From Sphyrna mokarran (taxonomy: Eukaryota): a stretch of DNA of 64,000 bases. The notes beneath the pieces were generated by a model, which did no database searches, was not told the origin of the DNA, and saw only the letters and a list, made by a program, of their open reading frames with translations. The position numbers were made by a program, and so were the translations under genes. Of this stretch, positions 51,901 through 63,399 are shown piece by piece. Positions within the stretch are counted from its first letter, which is position 1, and each line of letters starts with the position of its first letter. The stretch is taken from positions 1-64,000 of the forward strand of contig JAGIQG010000077.1 in NCBI GenBank assembly GCA_024679065.1, given 5' to 3'.

Positions 51901-53057
51901 CCTTTACTCCTTGTTACTGATAACGCAGCCAGAAACGAAATTTGGCATGGCAGTCCTTTGGGCAGACTCCACCAACGCCCTTGCTTTCTAAGAAGGCTAA
52001 GGAAATTCTTTGACTTTAATCAAATGTTAACGATGCAGCGCAATAAAGCATCTTTTCCGGATGGTTCAAATGTTAGTCTGGCTCCTGCTCCTACCAAGAT
52101 CGCAAGACACTATTACCAAAGATTATATATTAAGCCCAGTCCAATGCACAAAGCAACATCTTTTCCAAGGCAGCGGAAGACACTTTTCCAAGACACTTTC
52201 GGCTGATTTGGAAAATCAGCCAGCAGAAGCAAAGATCCTTTGTACCCTGGACATACACTTTTCTACCTCCTCCTGTCGGAAAAAAAGATAGAAATGTCTG
52301 AGGTCACCGATCAAGAACAGTTTCTTCCCTGCTGTCGTCAGACTTTTGACCTCTATTATATTAAGTTCATCTTTCCCTGCACCTCAGCTACGACTGTAAC
52401 ATTACACTGTGCACTCTCCTTTCTTTCTCTATAAACGGTATGCTTTGGCTGCATTGCGTGCAAGAAACAATCCGTTTCACTGTATACAAATACATATGAC
52501 AACAATAATTCAAATCAAACATTCAGGCTTTCTTCAAATGAAGAAGAAACAATTGAAACGATCTTAACTGCGTCATATCCCGGAAAGAGATCGTGAGATC
52601 TTAGTTGTTGATGCTCCTGTTGCCGCCGATTATGCCAATAGATAACTCCTCCATGCCAACCAGCCCATGTGTCAATGCACCTTGTATGTTCATCCAAGCG
52701 ACAGAGTCCGGATTGCTGGGATCTGTGGCAAAACTGTGTGAGATACAATACCTGAAAGAGACAAGGTTAACACTACCTGTTCTGCTTCGGCAGGAAGGAG
52801 AACATCATTCCTCTGAAGTATGGGCATGAACAAAATATAACATACATCATTCTTTCATCAACAAATCACACTGAGTTCAAATGTTGATGGTTAGCTTTGA
52901 ACCAATAACCCGTACAAGGGAGGATGAGGAAGAATACACAAGCAGTGAAGGGTAATGCGTTTTGCTAATTGCAGCACAACAGTTGCGATTGCAAAATTGG
53001 AAAGGAAAACAAAAATTAGATCGAGAGCCAATGTAATACTGACCCAGCTAATAGATC

Positions 53058-53385
53058 ATAGAATCTCATAGTGCAGAAAGAGGTCCTTCCTGCCATTGAG
53101 TCTGCACCGAACACAACCCCACCCTGGCCCTACCACCATAAATTATACCCACTAATCCTCTAACATACACATCACTGGACACTAAGGGGCAATTTGTAGC
53201 ATGGCCAATTAACCTAACCTGTACATCTTTGGACTGTGGGAGGAAACCAGAGTAGCAGGAGGCAACGCACGCTGATACGAGGAGAACGTGCAAACTCCAC
53301 ACAGACAGTGACCCGGGCCGGGAGTCGAACCCATGACCCTGGAGCTGTAGAAGCAGCAATGCTAACCACTGTGCTACCACGCCCC
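53058..53385 (-). mobile_element. HE1-type tRNA-derived SINE, full length
   Basis: Same head, core and tail as 48640-48980. Confidence 0.85.
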
Positions 53386-54919
53386 TTCAAATCATGGATC
53401 TGGTTTGGGGAATAACCCACTTGAAAATGCGTGGAAAACCAGCAACGACAAATCACCCCCTGCCATCATCACCCCCTGCCATCATCACCCCCTCACTTCA
53501 CAAACCACCCTCACACCACCCAAACCCAACCACCCTCTTGCGTTTATTAGCCGTACTAAATTGTCCCTTTGAGTGCAAAGATGCGTCAGTTAGATGGATT
53601 GGCTAAGGCAAATTGCCCCTATCCGCCCAAAAATGACTAGATTAAGTGGATGATCCCTTAGTGCCCAAAGACGTGCGATTCGATACAGATATGGAGGTGG
53701 GGCCTGGGTGGAATTGTTGTCAGTGTTCATTGGGTCGAATGACCTCCTTCTGCTCTGTAAGGATTCTACAATTCTATGATTCTGCTGATTGGTGCCTGAG
53801 GATCTTTTATCTCCCAAAAGGAGAGATTGATTGTTTCTGTTGACCATCTCTTCTGAGATATTGGAGAATAGATGACACGTGAGTGATTTGGAAGAATTAA
53901 TTCCTTCAACAGAAAATTATTGTTAGTGTCATAATTAGGCTTGCATTTACACTGCAAATGAAGTTACTGTGAAAATCCCTTAGATCTTTTGCCGTATTAG
54001 CACTTTCCTGTTTGATCCGTAATTTCGCATCTCATGAGACCAGAGATCACAATTTTAACATCTTTCCCCCTTCCTTGACCGAATAGTATTGCAGCCACAT
54101 CCAATACTGAAGGTGGCGCTGTTGGCAGCCATTTCCTCCACACCAGTTAACTCTGATCAACACTAGAACAGTTACGTCAGGCGGTGCTGTTGACAAATAC
54201 CACGTTTACATGAAATGGCTCTGTTCACAGTCACTCCCAATTGAATGGTTTCTCTCAAAGAGTCACTGCATCTACCGTTGGTGAATATGTTCTCGCTCTT
54301 AGGCAATCCTGTTCACTGTGATTCTCCCTAAAGTAGCTGAACGGTTCTATCAAATCCCTTTTACCATTTCCCCCTTTCCGGGAGAAAAAATGCAAGCATC
54401 TCCACACTCTTCAGAGAACAGAAGATTCCATTCCTAGTGCCAAGATAGCAAATGGCTTCTGGGCACTTCTGACGGCCGTGATACCCTCGCTGTGGTTTTC
54501 CATTCATAATTGTGCGCAACATCCCTTCTTTGAAATGACGAGAATTTTCACAGACTTACATATAAATTGCAGCCTGAATGTTCAATTCCTCTGTAGAGAA
54601 ACTAATTGAATATTTTTTTTACCAAATGACCCTCTCAATTCATTCTGCCAACTTCAATGTTTCAGAATCTGCAGTTCTCTATCTCTTCAATCTGTGATCC
54701 TCTTTAAGTTTTTAACCATATTCCTTACTGGTGCCTGAACTCTTCATAATGGAATGCACAACTTCGTTCTTCTGGGTTAATGTGGATCAGCCAAGTGGTT
54801 GGTTATGTCCGCCTGAAGTCAATAAGACCAGTTGACCATTAGTTGTAGGAGCAAAATTAGGCCATTTGGTCCAACGCGTCTGCTCCACCATCCGGTCATG
54901 ACTGATCGGTTTCTCATTC

Positions 54920-55215
54920 CATAGAAGCCCTACAGTGCAGAAAGAGACCATTCAGTCCATCGAGACCGCACCAACGACAGTCACACCCAGGCCTGATCTC
55001 CTATTTTGTCCGCTAATCCCTCTACCTACGCATCCCACGACACAAAGGGACAATTGAGCACGGCCAATCCACCTAAACTGCAATCTTCGGATCGTGGGAA
55101 GAAACTGGAGAACAGTGAGGATACCCACGCGGACATGGGGAGAATGTGCAAACTCTGCACAGACAGTGACCCGAGCTGGGAATCGCACCCAGGTCCCTGG
55201 AGCTGTGAAACAACA
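54920..55215 (-). mobile_element. HE1-type SINE
   Basis: Core homology to 53058-53385. Confidence 0.75.
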
Positions 55216-56217
55216 TCACTACAATACTCTGCTGCCCAATCCCCTGCCTTTCCGCTGTAACATTTGATTCTCTTATCAATCAAAAGCGCATGAATCTGTT
55301 AAATACATTCAGTGACCTGGCCTCCAGAGTTTTCTGCGGCAATGAATTTCACAGATTCACCACCCTCTGGCTGAAGACACTTCTCCACATCTCAGATCTT
55401 AAGAATTGCCCCGTTACTCCGAGATGTGCTCTCGGATCCTAATCTTTTCTGCTAATGGAAGCACCTTCTATACGTCCACTCGATCCAGGTGTTTTAGTAT
55501 TAAGCAAGTTTCAATGAGATCCCCACCACCCTCTAAACTCCATTGAGTACAAAACCATAGTTCTCAAATGCTCCTCATATTGTCCGACAGATGTAACCTT
55601 CCATCTCCCCCATGATCCTTGCATACCTCGCATATCCTCTTTTCAATAAGGCCTCTTTCCGCAATGTAGGGATACTATCGATCTTAAACCTTTTCAATAA
55701 TGTTTTATCCTTCCAGTAATGAGGTGACCTCAACTCCACACCATATGCTTGTTGTGGACACCTGAGTGAACCGCATTCAGATCCACCCTCAGAACACCAA
55801 CTCAGGCCCCTTTCACCCTCAAACCTCGCACTCAGGTCCACTTCTCCCTCAGACCCACAACACAGTACCCTTTTCCCTCACACTTTCCACTGCATCCCCT
55901 TCCTTGTTCGGGCCTCCTACTCAGGCCTCTTCTGGCCATGTGTCTTGGCACCGCTCGTCCAGGGAGAGCACGGGATTCTTGGCATGGCTGTCACCTGCCA
56001 CATGCACCAGCATTGGTGCAATCACCTCAAATGGAAATGTTAGCATTTAGGAATCTGGGATACTTTCTGCATATTAGGAGGAGAACAACAAAGGAAAAAG
56101 AAAAGAACAGTGCAACGAAAGAACAGGCCCTTCGGGCCACCAAACCTGCGTGGATCTTGATCTAGAACAACCACCTCTAAGCCTTGGTTACTCGCCTGTT
56201 GATTTATCTGTCCAGAC

Positions 56218-56253
56218 GGATAGATAGAGAAATAGATAGATAGAAATAGAGAT
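56218..56253. repeat. (TAGA)n microsatellite next to the gap at 56254-56450
   Basis: Read directly from the sequence. Confidence 0.85.
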
Positions 56254-57334
56254 NNNNNNNNNNNNNNNNNNNNNNNNNNNNNNNNNNNNNNNNNNNNNNN
56301 NNNNNNNNNNNNNNNNNNNNNNNNNNNNNNNNNNNNNNNNNNNNNNNNNNNNNNNNNNNNNNNNNNNNNNNNNNNNNNNNNNNNNNNNNNNNNNNNNNNN
56401 NNNNNNNNNNNNNNNNNNNNNNNNNNNNNNNNNNNNNNNNNNNNNNNNNNTCCGATCAATCATTGAACTCTAACGTTTTCCCTCATTCCAATGTGATTCA
56501 ATGATTGGAGGGGGGGCAATCTTCAGCATTCCGTCATTGCTCACATGTATTACAGCAGTTACTATCCACACCATCCAACTTGTACAGTGAGGCCTTTGCC
56601 TCTTGTCCTCCCTACTTGCACCATACCCTCCTGTCTCCATCATTCCTGCCTTCACACCACCTACAGAATCCTTCTGGATTTGCAGAAAGTGGGGAAGGCC
56701 AAAGTTTTCCTTCAGTTAGAGAAGTGAACCTCCAGGTAAGTTGTACTGCACTGAGTGACACTCGCTTTTTTTAGAATCTGAACTTCCAAAACTTCCAACA
56801 AACTCTTTGCTACTTCCGAGCAAATTCCCAGGGTCATTAATGTCATCCAGTGAGATCTGGATAAGAAAGGAAGGAACAGCTGGCATGACGGCATAGTGAG
56901 CATCGTCCTTTATGCAGCTGCCTCTGTGTGTCTCAGGGCTGTGGCACATTCTAAAATGGATTAACTGGAAACATTTCTTGCACCTACTGCTGGGGAGCCT
57001 GACCCTTGTGTGAACTCATGCTTCCCATTCCTCTCCCTGACCTGGTGCGGGACTGTGTATGAAGGGAGTTCCCAAGAGGGGTTCCAACATCCAATACACA
57101 GTGAGAGTTTGATTGGTGTGACGTTAGCGTTTCTTTAAGAATATGTATATATATATGTATATATATATATAAATCATGATCTCTGAAGCTCTTACAATTA
57201 GTTTTTCTTAGCTCATAGCCTTAGGTGTTGTCATTGGTAGGATGAGAAAAAAGTGTGCCGAACAAGGGTTGGTTTTAAATTGTTTTGTCGCTGTGTCACA
57301 AGCATAACCAAATGAAGTTTCTCTGTCTGTCTGT

Positions 57335-57403
57335 TTTATTGTATTTATTCGTCAATAGAAACATTTGATGCAGCGTGAAAGTCGAAGAAAAATTCATTTT
57401 ATT
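57335..57403 (-). terminator. Clustered AATAAA polyadenylation signals for gene A'
   Basis: tttatt on the + strand at 57335-57340, 57344-57349 and 57398-57403, about 330-400 nt past the stop codon. Confidence 0.5.
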
Positions 57404-57736
57404 TACAGAAAGAAATTTACAAACAATTAACAATCGCATCAGTAACTGGAGTTACAGAATATGGCATTGAAGAGTAAGGAAAACCAAGGAATTATTTCGT
57501 GTGTTACTTCACACTTGCATGGCCTTAATATTGTAGAATATCTTTCACAATGCTGAAGAAACTCGTTACACATTTGACAAAATGAGCCAGTCTTTCTCAT
57601 CTGTGGCCATTATGCGAGGAACATTCAGTAGTTTGAAGCGGATGTACTTGCTCCCATGTTGATTTCCATTGGGCAGAACATACATTGGTAATTCCAGTCT
57701 CCTGTATAATACATCACAGACAAAACTCCCCGATTC

Positions 57737-57808
57737 TCATTTCCGGGTCTGCTTTTTTGACTTTTTTTCCAATGCAGCCAAATCCAGGGAGGCATAGAGA
57801 GGTCCACC
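57737..57808 (-). CDS. Gene A' terminal exon (GGPLYASLDLAALEKKSKKQTRK*) with a YxxL tyrosine motif
   Basis: ttcccagtctcag|GGT (phase 0), TGA at 57739-57737, followed by AATAAA signals. Confidence 0.8.
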   Translation of the reverse strand, partial: GGPLYASLDLAALEKKSKKQTRK

Positions 57809-57909
57809 CTGAGACTGGGAAATATATTCAACAGAAATGATTAAAATAAAGGACTGTTTCCAAAAATTCATTTCAATGTATTTTATTATAATGGGTTCAA
57901 TGCACTCAC

Positions 57910-57959
57910 CTGTATTCTATGTTGCGTTTTCAAGTTCGCCTCTGTTTGACCGTGATCCC
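57910..57959 (-). CDS. Gene A' cytoplasmic exon 3 (DHGQTEANLKTQHRIQ)
   Basis: cgcacag| ... CAG|gtgagt; 50 nt. Only the phase-1 entry frame is open, matching the previous exon; it exits in phase 0. Confidence 0.8.
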
Positions 57960-58169
57960 CTGTGCGTTAAGAGTTAAACTATGAATTGAAACGTCACACA
58001 AGCTATAGAATCTTTAAGGACATAGAAATATCAGTCGCCAATGACCATTGTATGTCAACAGTTTGAAGGCTACTTAATAGAGTCACAAGTAGGCTACATT
58101 AACTCTGCAAGGAAGATACTGTAAAAATTTCCTCCTTGCCACATCCTAGCAGTTGTTTTCCTGTTCTGA

Positions 58170-58362
58170 GGGAGAATTTAGCATCGCCAACTCACCTGAG
58201 TAGCACATCGTTTGGACTGTGGGAGGAGCACACGGAAGAAACACACGCAAACACAGGGAGAACACATAGACTCGCCATAGACAGATACCCAAGCCAGGAA
58301 TCGAACAAAGGTCCCTGATGTTGCGGGAGTGCAGTGCGAACCACTGTGCCACCGTGCCGCTG
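58170..58362 (-). mobile_element. tRNA-derived SINE 5' half
   Basis: ggcacggtggcacagtggttcgcactg head on the minus strand. Confidence 0.75.
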
Positions 58363-58489
58363 CTTTAGGTTGCTAGGCTACAATCATTAACACACAGCCC
58401 ACCTAAATTTTGTCAACACGACAGATATTCCACAATTCTTCAGAGGCAGTTAGATATGACATTGTTGGTGAAGTCGATAGGATTGCATT

Positions 58490-58895
58490 CACTGGGGTTT
58501 AGAAGTGTGAGAGGGAACTTCCAGGAACCTTATAAAATTCTGATAGGATTCGATAGGACAGATTGAAGATCAATGTTCCCGATGGTTAAGGAGTCCAGAA
58601 CGAGGGATAATAGTTTGAGGTTACTGGGGAATCCTTTTAGAACTAAGGTGAGGAGAAATGTTTTCACCCAGAGGGTGGTGAATACATGGATTCACTACCA
58701 CAGAATATAGTTGAGGCCAAAACATGATGTAATTTCAGGAAGAAATTAGATATACGTCTTGGGACTAAAGGAATCAAATGGTATGAGGGGATGGAGGATC
58801 AGGATGTTGAGTTTAATTATCTGCTGTGGTCAAAATGAACAGCAGAGCAGGTTCGAAGGTCCGAATGGCATACTCCTCCTTCTAGTTTCTATGTT
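58490..58895 (+). mobile_element. Old CR1 3' fragment in a gene A' intron
   Basis: ttcacccagagggtggtgaat and a ttctatg end. Confidence 0.75.
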
Positions 58896-59209
58896 AACAA
58901 ATGTAGACAAACAAGTGGCAATTAACAGTTAACTGTAGCATCCTCCGTAAAAGAGGCTGCAAACGAATCAGTCTTTTTGCTAATCCCGGAAACAGTCTTC
59001 TCAGGAAGAAAGCATAATTGTTTCCATCACATATGTTATTCTTGTGTTGTTTTGTGCCAATGAATACAAGGCCAAAAGCCTCGATAATATGATTTTGTTT
59101 GACAAAGTTTAAGTACTCCATTTATTGAAATTTTCTTTCAATCATGTCTCTACAGTTAACTGTCAGTACCAATCAACTGGTGCACTCATCATGAAGTCAT
59201 AGTTCGTGT

Positions 59210-59572
59210 AGGTAGTACATGATGTAGGTAGGACAAGGGAAGGGGATATTAAACAGAAATTTATGGAGTTGGGGTGGAAGCTTAGGACCAAAACAGACAG
59301 AGTGGTTATCTCTGGACTCTTTCCTGTGCCACGGGATAGTTTAGAGAAGAACAGAGAGAGGGAATGTTTGAACTCGTGGCTGCGGGGATGGTGCAGGAGG
59401 GAGAGGTTCAGGTTCCTGAACAATTGGGACTCAATCTGGGATAGAGGTTAGTAGATAAGTTTATGGACGAAATGGGAATGGTTTAGGTGAGTGGGTCATT
59501 GCTTTTTCCTAATTGGTCGGCGCAGCAGAACAGGCCGAAGGGCCTGTTCTCCGCTGTAATGTTCTATGTTCA
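59210..59572 (+). mobile_element. Internally deleted CR1: ORF1 SGNH-esterase fragment joined to the 3' end
   Basis: RVVISGLFPVPR...LNSWLRGWCRRERFRFLNNWDSIW, followed directly by agaggttagtagataagtttatgg...gttctatgtt. Confidence 0.75.
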
Positions 59573-59657
59573 TAGCAACACTTCACCAATCAATTTCCAC
59601 TTCATTCTTTTTTTAATTCTGACATTTAATCGCTGCCAACATTCCAATGAAACTTAC

Positions 59658-59704
59658 CCATTTGTCGCTCCTTATGTCCGTCTCGCTGCCTTCTCTGGCT
59701 CAAG
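59658..59704 (-). CDS. Gene A' cytoplasmic exon 2 (LSQRRQRDGHKERQMG)
   Basis: ccaattttag| ... G|gtaagt; 47 nt, phase 2 to phase 1, open frame. Confidence 0.8.
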
Positions 59705-59939
59705 CTAAAATTGGATATGGGAAAAGAACATCAAACAAACGTTATATCTGGCCTATCACATCTCAGATGCTGCACATTGTTGAAAGTAGAATTGTCTCGA
59801 GATCTTATATAAATCATCGAAAATAGAGGAACACATCGTGGAATCAGTTTTCGGATTGAAATAGGTCTGACAAAATATAAGATAGAGAAAGAGGGGACAA
59901 TGAACAATGTTAAACTTTGCACACTGTTCTCTTACTCAC

Positions 59940-59970
59940 GTGTCATTCCGGGATCCTATTTCTCTGTCTT
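59940..59970 (-). CDS. Gene A' cytoplasmic exon 1 (EDREIGSRNDT)
   Basis: tcttctattttag| ... AC|gtgagt; 31 nt, phase 1 to phase 2. Confidence 0.8.
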
Positions 59971-60075
59971 CTAAAATAGAAGAATATACGATTAGCTTAT
60001 TAAAAACTGCAAAGAGGAAATCATATTGAGGAAAACAAAGAAATTAAAGTGTCTCTAATAACCATTAATTTTCAC

Positions 60076-60177
60076 CTGATCTGCAGTGTTTACAAATCCA
60101 AATGGAAATAAGGACCGATAGCAGAATCAATATGACCAGGACACTGACTCGTACAGGAACCGTCTCTCCGCACCATT
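60076..60177 (-). CDS. Gene A' transmembrane exon (EWCGETVPVRVSVLVILILLSVLISIWICKHCRS)
   Basis: Acceptor tttttctctatag|, donor G|gtgaa, 102 nt, phase 1-1, with a 19-residue hydrophobic run. Not in the ORF track. Confidence 0.85.
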
Positions 60178-60547
60178 CTATAGAGAAAAAAGAACACTTA
60201 GAAACTGCCACCGGTCAAATCACTCTTCTCCGGGGTTCTCTAACCAAATTAAAAATGCAGAGTCACCAAAATAGGGGATGAATGTGGAAAATGAAACAAT
60301 GCTGGTGGGAAAGAGAGTGGAGAGTGAACACACAGAATGGAATTGATGAGACAATATTTGCTTGTGGAGATCGATTAAATGACAGCACTGTCAGAGTTGT
60401 CCTAAATTCACAGTGTATCAGATTGCTTTAGACCATAAGATCAGGAGACACAGGATCAGAACTAGGTTACTCGGCCCATGAGTCTGCACCACCATTCCAT
60501 CATGGCTGATATATTTCTCACCCCCATTCTCTTGCCTTTTCCCATAC

Positions 60548-61000
60548 CTTACCAGGATGTTGCCTGGTACGGAGGGCAGGTCTTATGAAGAGAGGCTGAG
60601 GGATTTGAGGTTGTTTTCGTTAGAAACGAGGTGGCTAAGTGGGGACCTTATCGAAACATATAAGATGATTAGAGGTTTAGATAGGGTGGACAGTGATAGT
60701 CTTTTTCCCAGGATGGAGAAAGCTAGCACGAGGGGACACAGCTTTAAATTAAGGGGTGATAGTTATAGGACGGATATCAGAGGTAGGTTCTTTACCCAAA
60801 GGGTGGTTCGGGAGTGGAATGCCCTGTCTGCGGCAGTTGTAGATGCGCCAAGTTTGGTGGCGTTTAAGAGGTTAGTTGATAAGTATATGGAAGAGAAGGA
60901 AATGGTTTAGTTTGGAGGGTATTGCTTTTTATATTGGTCGGCGCAACATCGAAGGCCGAAGGGCCTGTTCTGTGCTGTAATGTTCTATGTTCTATGTTCT
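60548..61000 (+). mobile_element. Young CR1 3' insertion specific to duplication copy 2
   Basis: Empty site cccataaccc at about 90-99; ata duplicated at the junctions. Confidence 0.92.
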
Positions 61001-61084
61001 ATAACCCTGATCCCCTTATTAATCAAGAAACTATCTATCTTTGTCTTAAAGATACTCAATGAGCTGGTTTCTTCAGCCTTCTGC

Positions 61085-61916
61085 AGAGGGACCTGGACAA
61101 GTTGCAGAGCTGGGCCGAGAGGTGGCAAATGGAGTTTAATGTGGAAAAGTGTGAGGTAATGCACTATGGCAGAAATAATAAATGTGTAGAGGATAGGGCT
61201 AATGGTAGGATTCTTAGTAGTCTTGATGAACAGAGGGATCTTGGCGTGTATGTGCATAGATCCCTGAAAGTAGGCAGTCAAGTCGAGAAGGTTGTTAAGA
61301 AGGCATATGGAGTCTTAGCTTTTATTGGTAGGGGGATTGAATTTAGGAGCCGCAGCATCATGTTGCAACTGTCCAAAACTCTAGTGCGGCCGCACTTGGA
61401 GTATTGTGTGCAGTTCTGGTCGCCACATTATAAGAAAGATGTGGAGGCATTGGAGCGGGTACAGAGGAGGTTTACCAGGATGTTGCCTGGTATGGAGGGC
61501 AGGTCTTCTGAGGAGAGGCTGAGGGATTTGAGGTTGTTTTCGTTAGAAAGGAGGAGGCTAAGAGGGGACCTGATTGAAACATACAAGATGATTAGAGGTT
61601 TAGATAGGGTGGACAGTGATAGCCTTTTTCCTAGGATGGAGAAAGCTAGCACGAGGGTACACAGCTTTAAATTAAGGGGTGATAGTTATAGGACGGATAT
61701 CAGAGGTAGGTTCTTTACCCAAAGAGTGGTTCGGGAGTGGAATGCCCTGCCTGCGGCAGTTGTAGATGCGCCAAGTTTGGTGGTGTTTAAGAGGTTAGTT
61801 GATAAGTATATGGAAGAGAAGGGAATGGTTTAGTTTGGAGGGGCATTGCTTTTTATATTGGTCGGCGCAACATCGAAGGCCGAAGGGCCTGTTCTGTGCT
61901 GTAATGTTCTATGTTG
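61085..61916 (+). mobile_element. Young CR1 3' insertion specific to duplication copy 2
   Basis: 243-aa ORF; empty site ttctgcggcaaag at about 171-183; tgc duplicated at the junctions. Confidence 0.92.
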
Positions 61917-63399
61917 TGCGGCAAAGAGCTCCACTGATTCACCACTCTCTGCGGATTCCTTCTCACCTCTGTTTTAGAGGATCCCAAAACATGAGACAAT
62001 AATAAATGAAATCAACTCGTAGAGTCATAGAATCATTGAGTTTACAGAATGGAAACAGGCCCTTCGGCCCATTTTTTCCACGCTATCCTTTTTATTAAAT
62101 CTCTAAGCTAGTCCCAGTTGCTCACATGTGGCCCATCTCCCTCTATATTCTTCGTACGCATTTAACTATCTAAATGTATTTTTCCAAGATAAAATTGTAC
62201 CTCACTCTAATACTATCTCTAGCAGCTTGTTCCAGACAATCACCACCCTCTGTTTGACAAAATTGTCCCCCGGATGCTTTTGTATCTCTGCCCTGTCATC
62301 TAAAACCTATGCCCTCAATTTTTTGACTCCCCTATCTTTGGGAAAATATATTGACTATCTACCGGACCAGTGTCCCCTCATTATTTAACAGACTTCTCTG
62401 AAGTGACCACTCAGCCCCCTACGCTCCAGTAAAAAAAAAGTCCCAGTCTACCCAGCCTTTCCTTATAACTCAATCCATCAAGTCCCAGTAACATCCTACT
62501 GAATCTTTTCTGCACTCTTTGTAGTTTAGTCTATGTACTCTAAGAAAGATATGTTTGACATTTATTGCGTGCAGGAAACAATAATTTTCACAGTATCACA
62601 AATGTATGTGACAACAATAAATCAAATCAAATCTATATAATCCTTGAACTGTATTCTTTATCTTTCAAACGCACGAGAAACAACACTTCCTGCATTATCC
62701 CAATACATGTGACAATAATAAATCAAACCAAGTCAAATCAAGTTAATGGGAACTGATATTTAACTGTCTTTCATGCCGTCATTGTTACTTTTTCCAATTT
62801 ATTTAAATTGATGCCCTCCTTGTTCTCGGCCCTTTCCGCCTTTGTGAATCGGTTCATCTTCGTTGCTCTGTCCAGCCAATTCAGGATTATCAACACATTT
62901 CTCACATCTCCTCTTAACCTTCAGCTATTACAGGGAACTAACTCTCGATTTTCCACTCCATCCAGTTGACTGAAGTGCCTCATTTTTATGACCATTTAGT
63001 GAATAGTTTTTTTTTCTCTGCACTCTCTTCATATTCATTATAAATTGCGTTGCCAGTAACTGTTCACAATTAAGACAGAATCAGAATCCTGCGAAATGTT
63101 GCTGTTCATTTGAGGTGTTATTGTTGTCATATCTGTTGATATGTAATGAAACATATTGTTTCTTGCGCTCTAAACATACTACGCATATATTTCACAACGT
63201 ACATTGATTTGATTTGATGTGGTTTGATTTATTCTTGTCACACCTATTGGGATACAGTGAAAAAACATTCTCTCTTGCACGCTACACAGACAAGACATAC
63301 CGTTCATAGATTACATAGGGGAGAAATAAATGTGAGGATGCAGAATATATTGTCCCCTTCACAGCTCGGGTGTAGTGAAAGATCAGTTTGATATAAAGT

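Larger units (their letters stand above)
60453..62820 (+). repeat. Segmental duplication, copy 2 (gene A' intron); paralogous to 1-1965
   Basis: Same collinear sequence, interrupted by two copy-specific CR1 insertions. Confidence 0.9.

Noticed and set aside
52590-52752. Minus-strand exon candidate after a strong acceptor (cttgtctctttcag)
   Set aside because: No recognisable protein motif in any frame and no partner exons.
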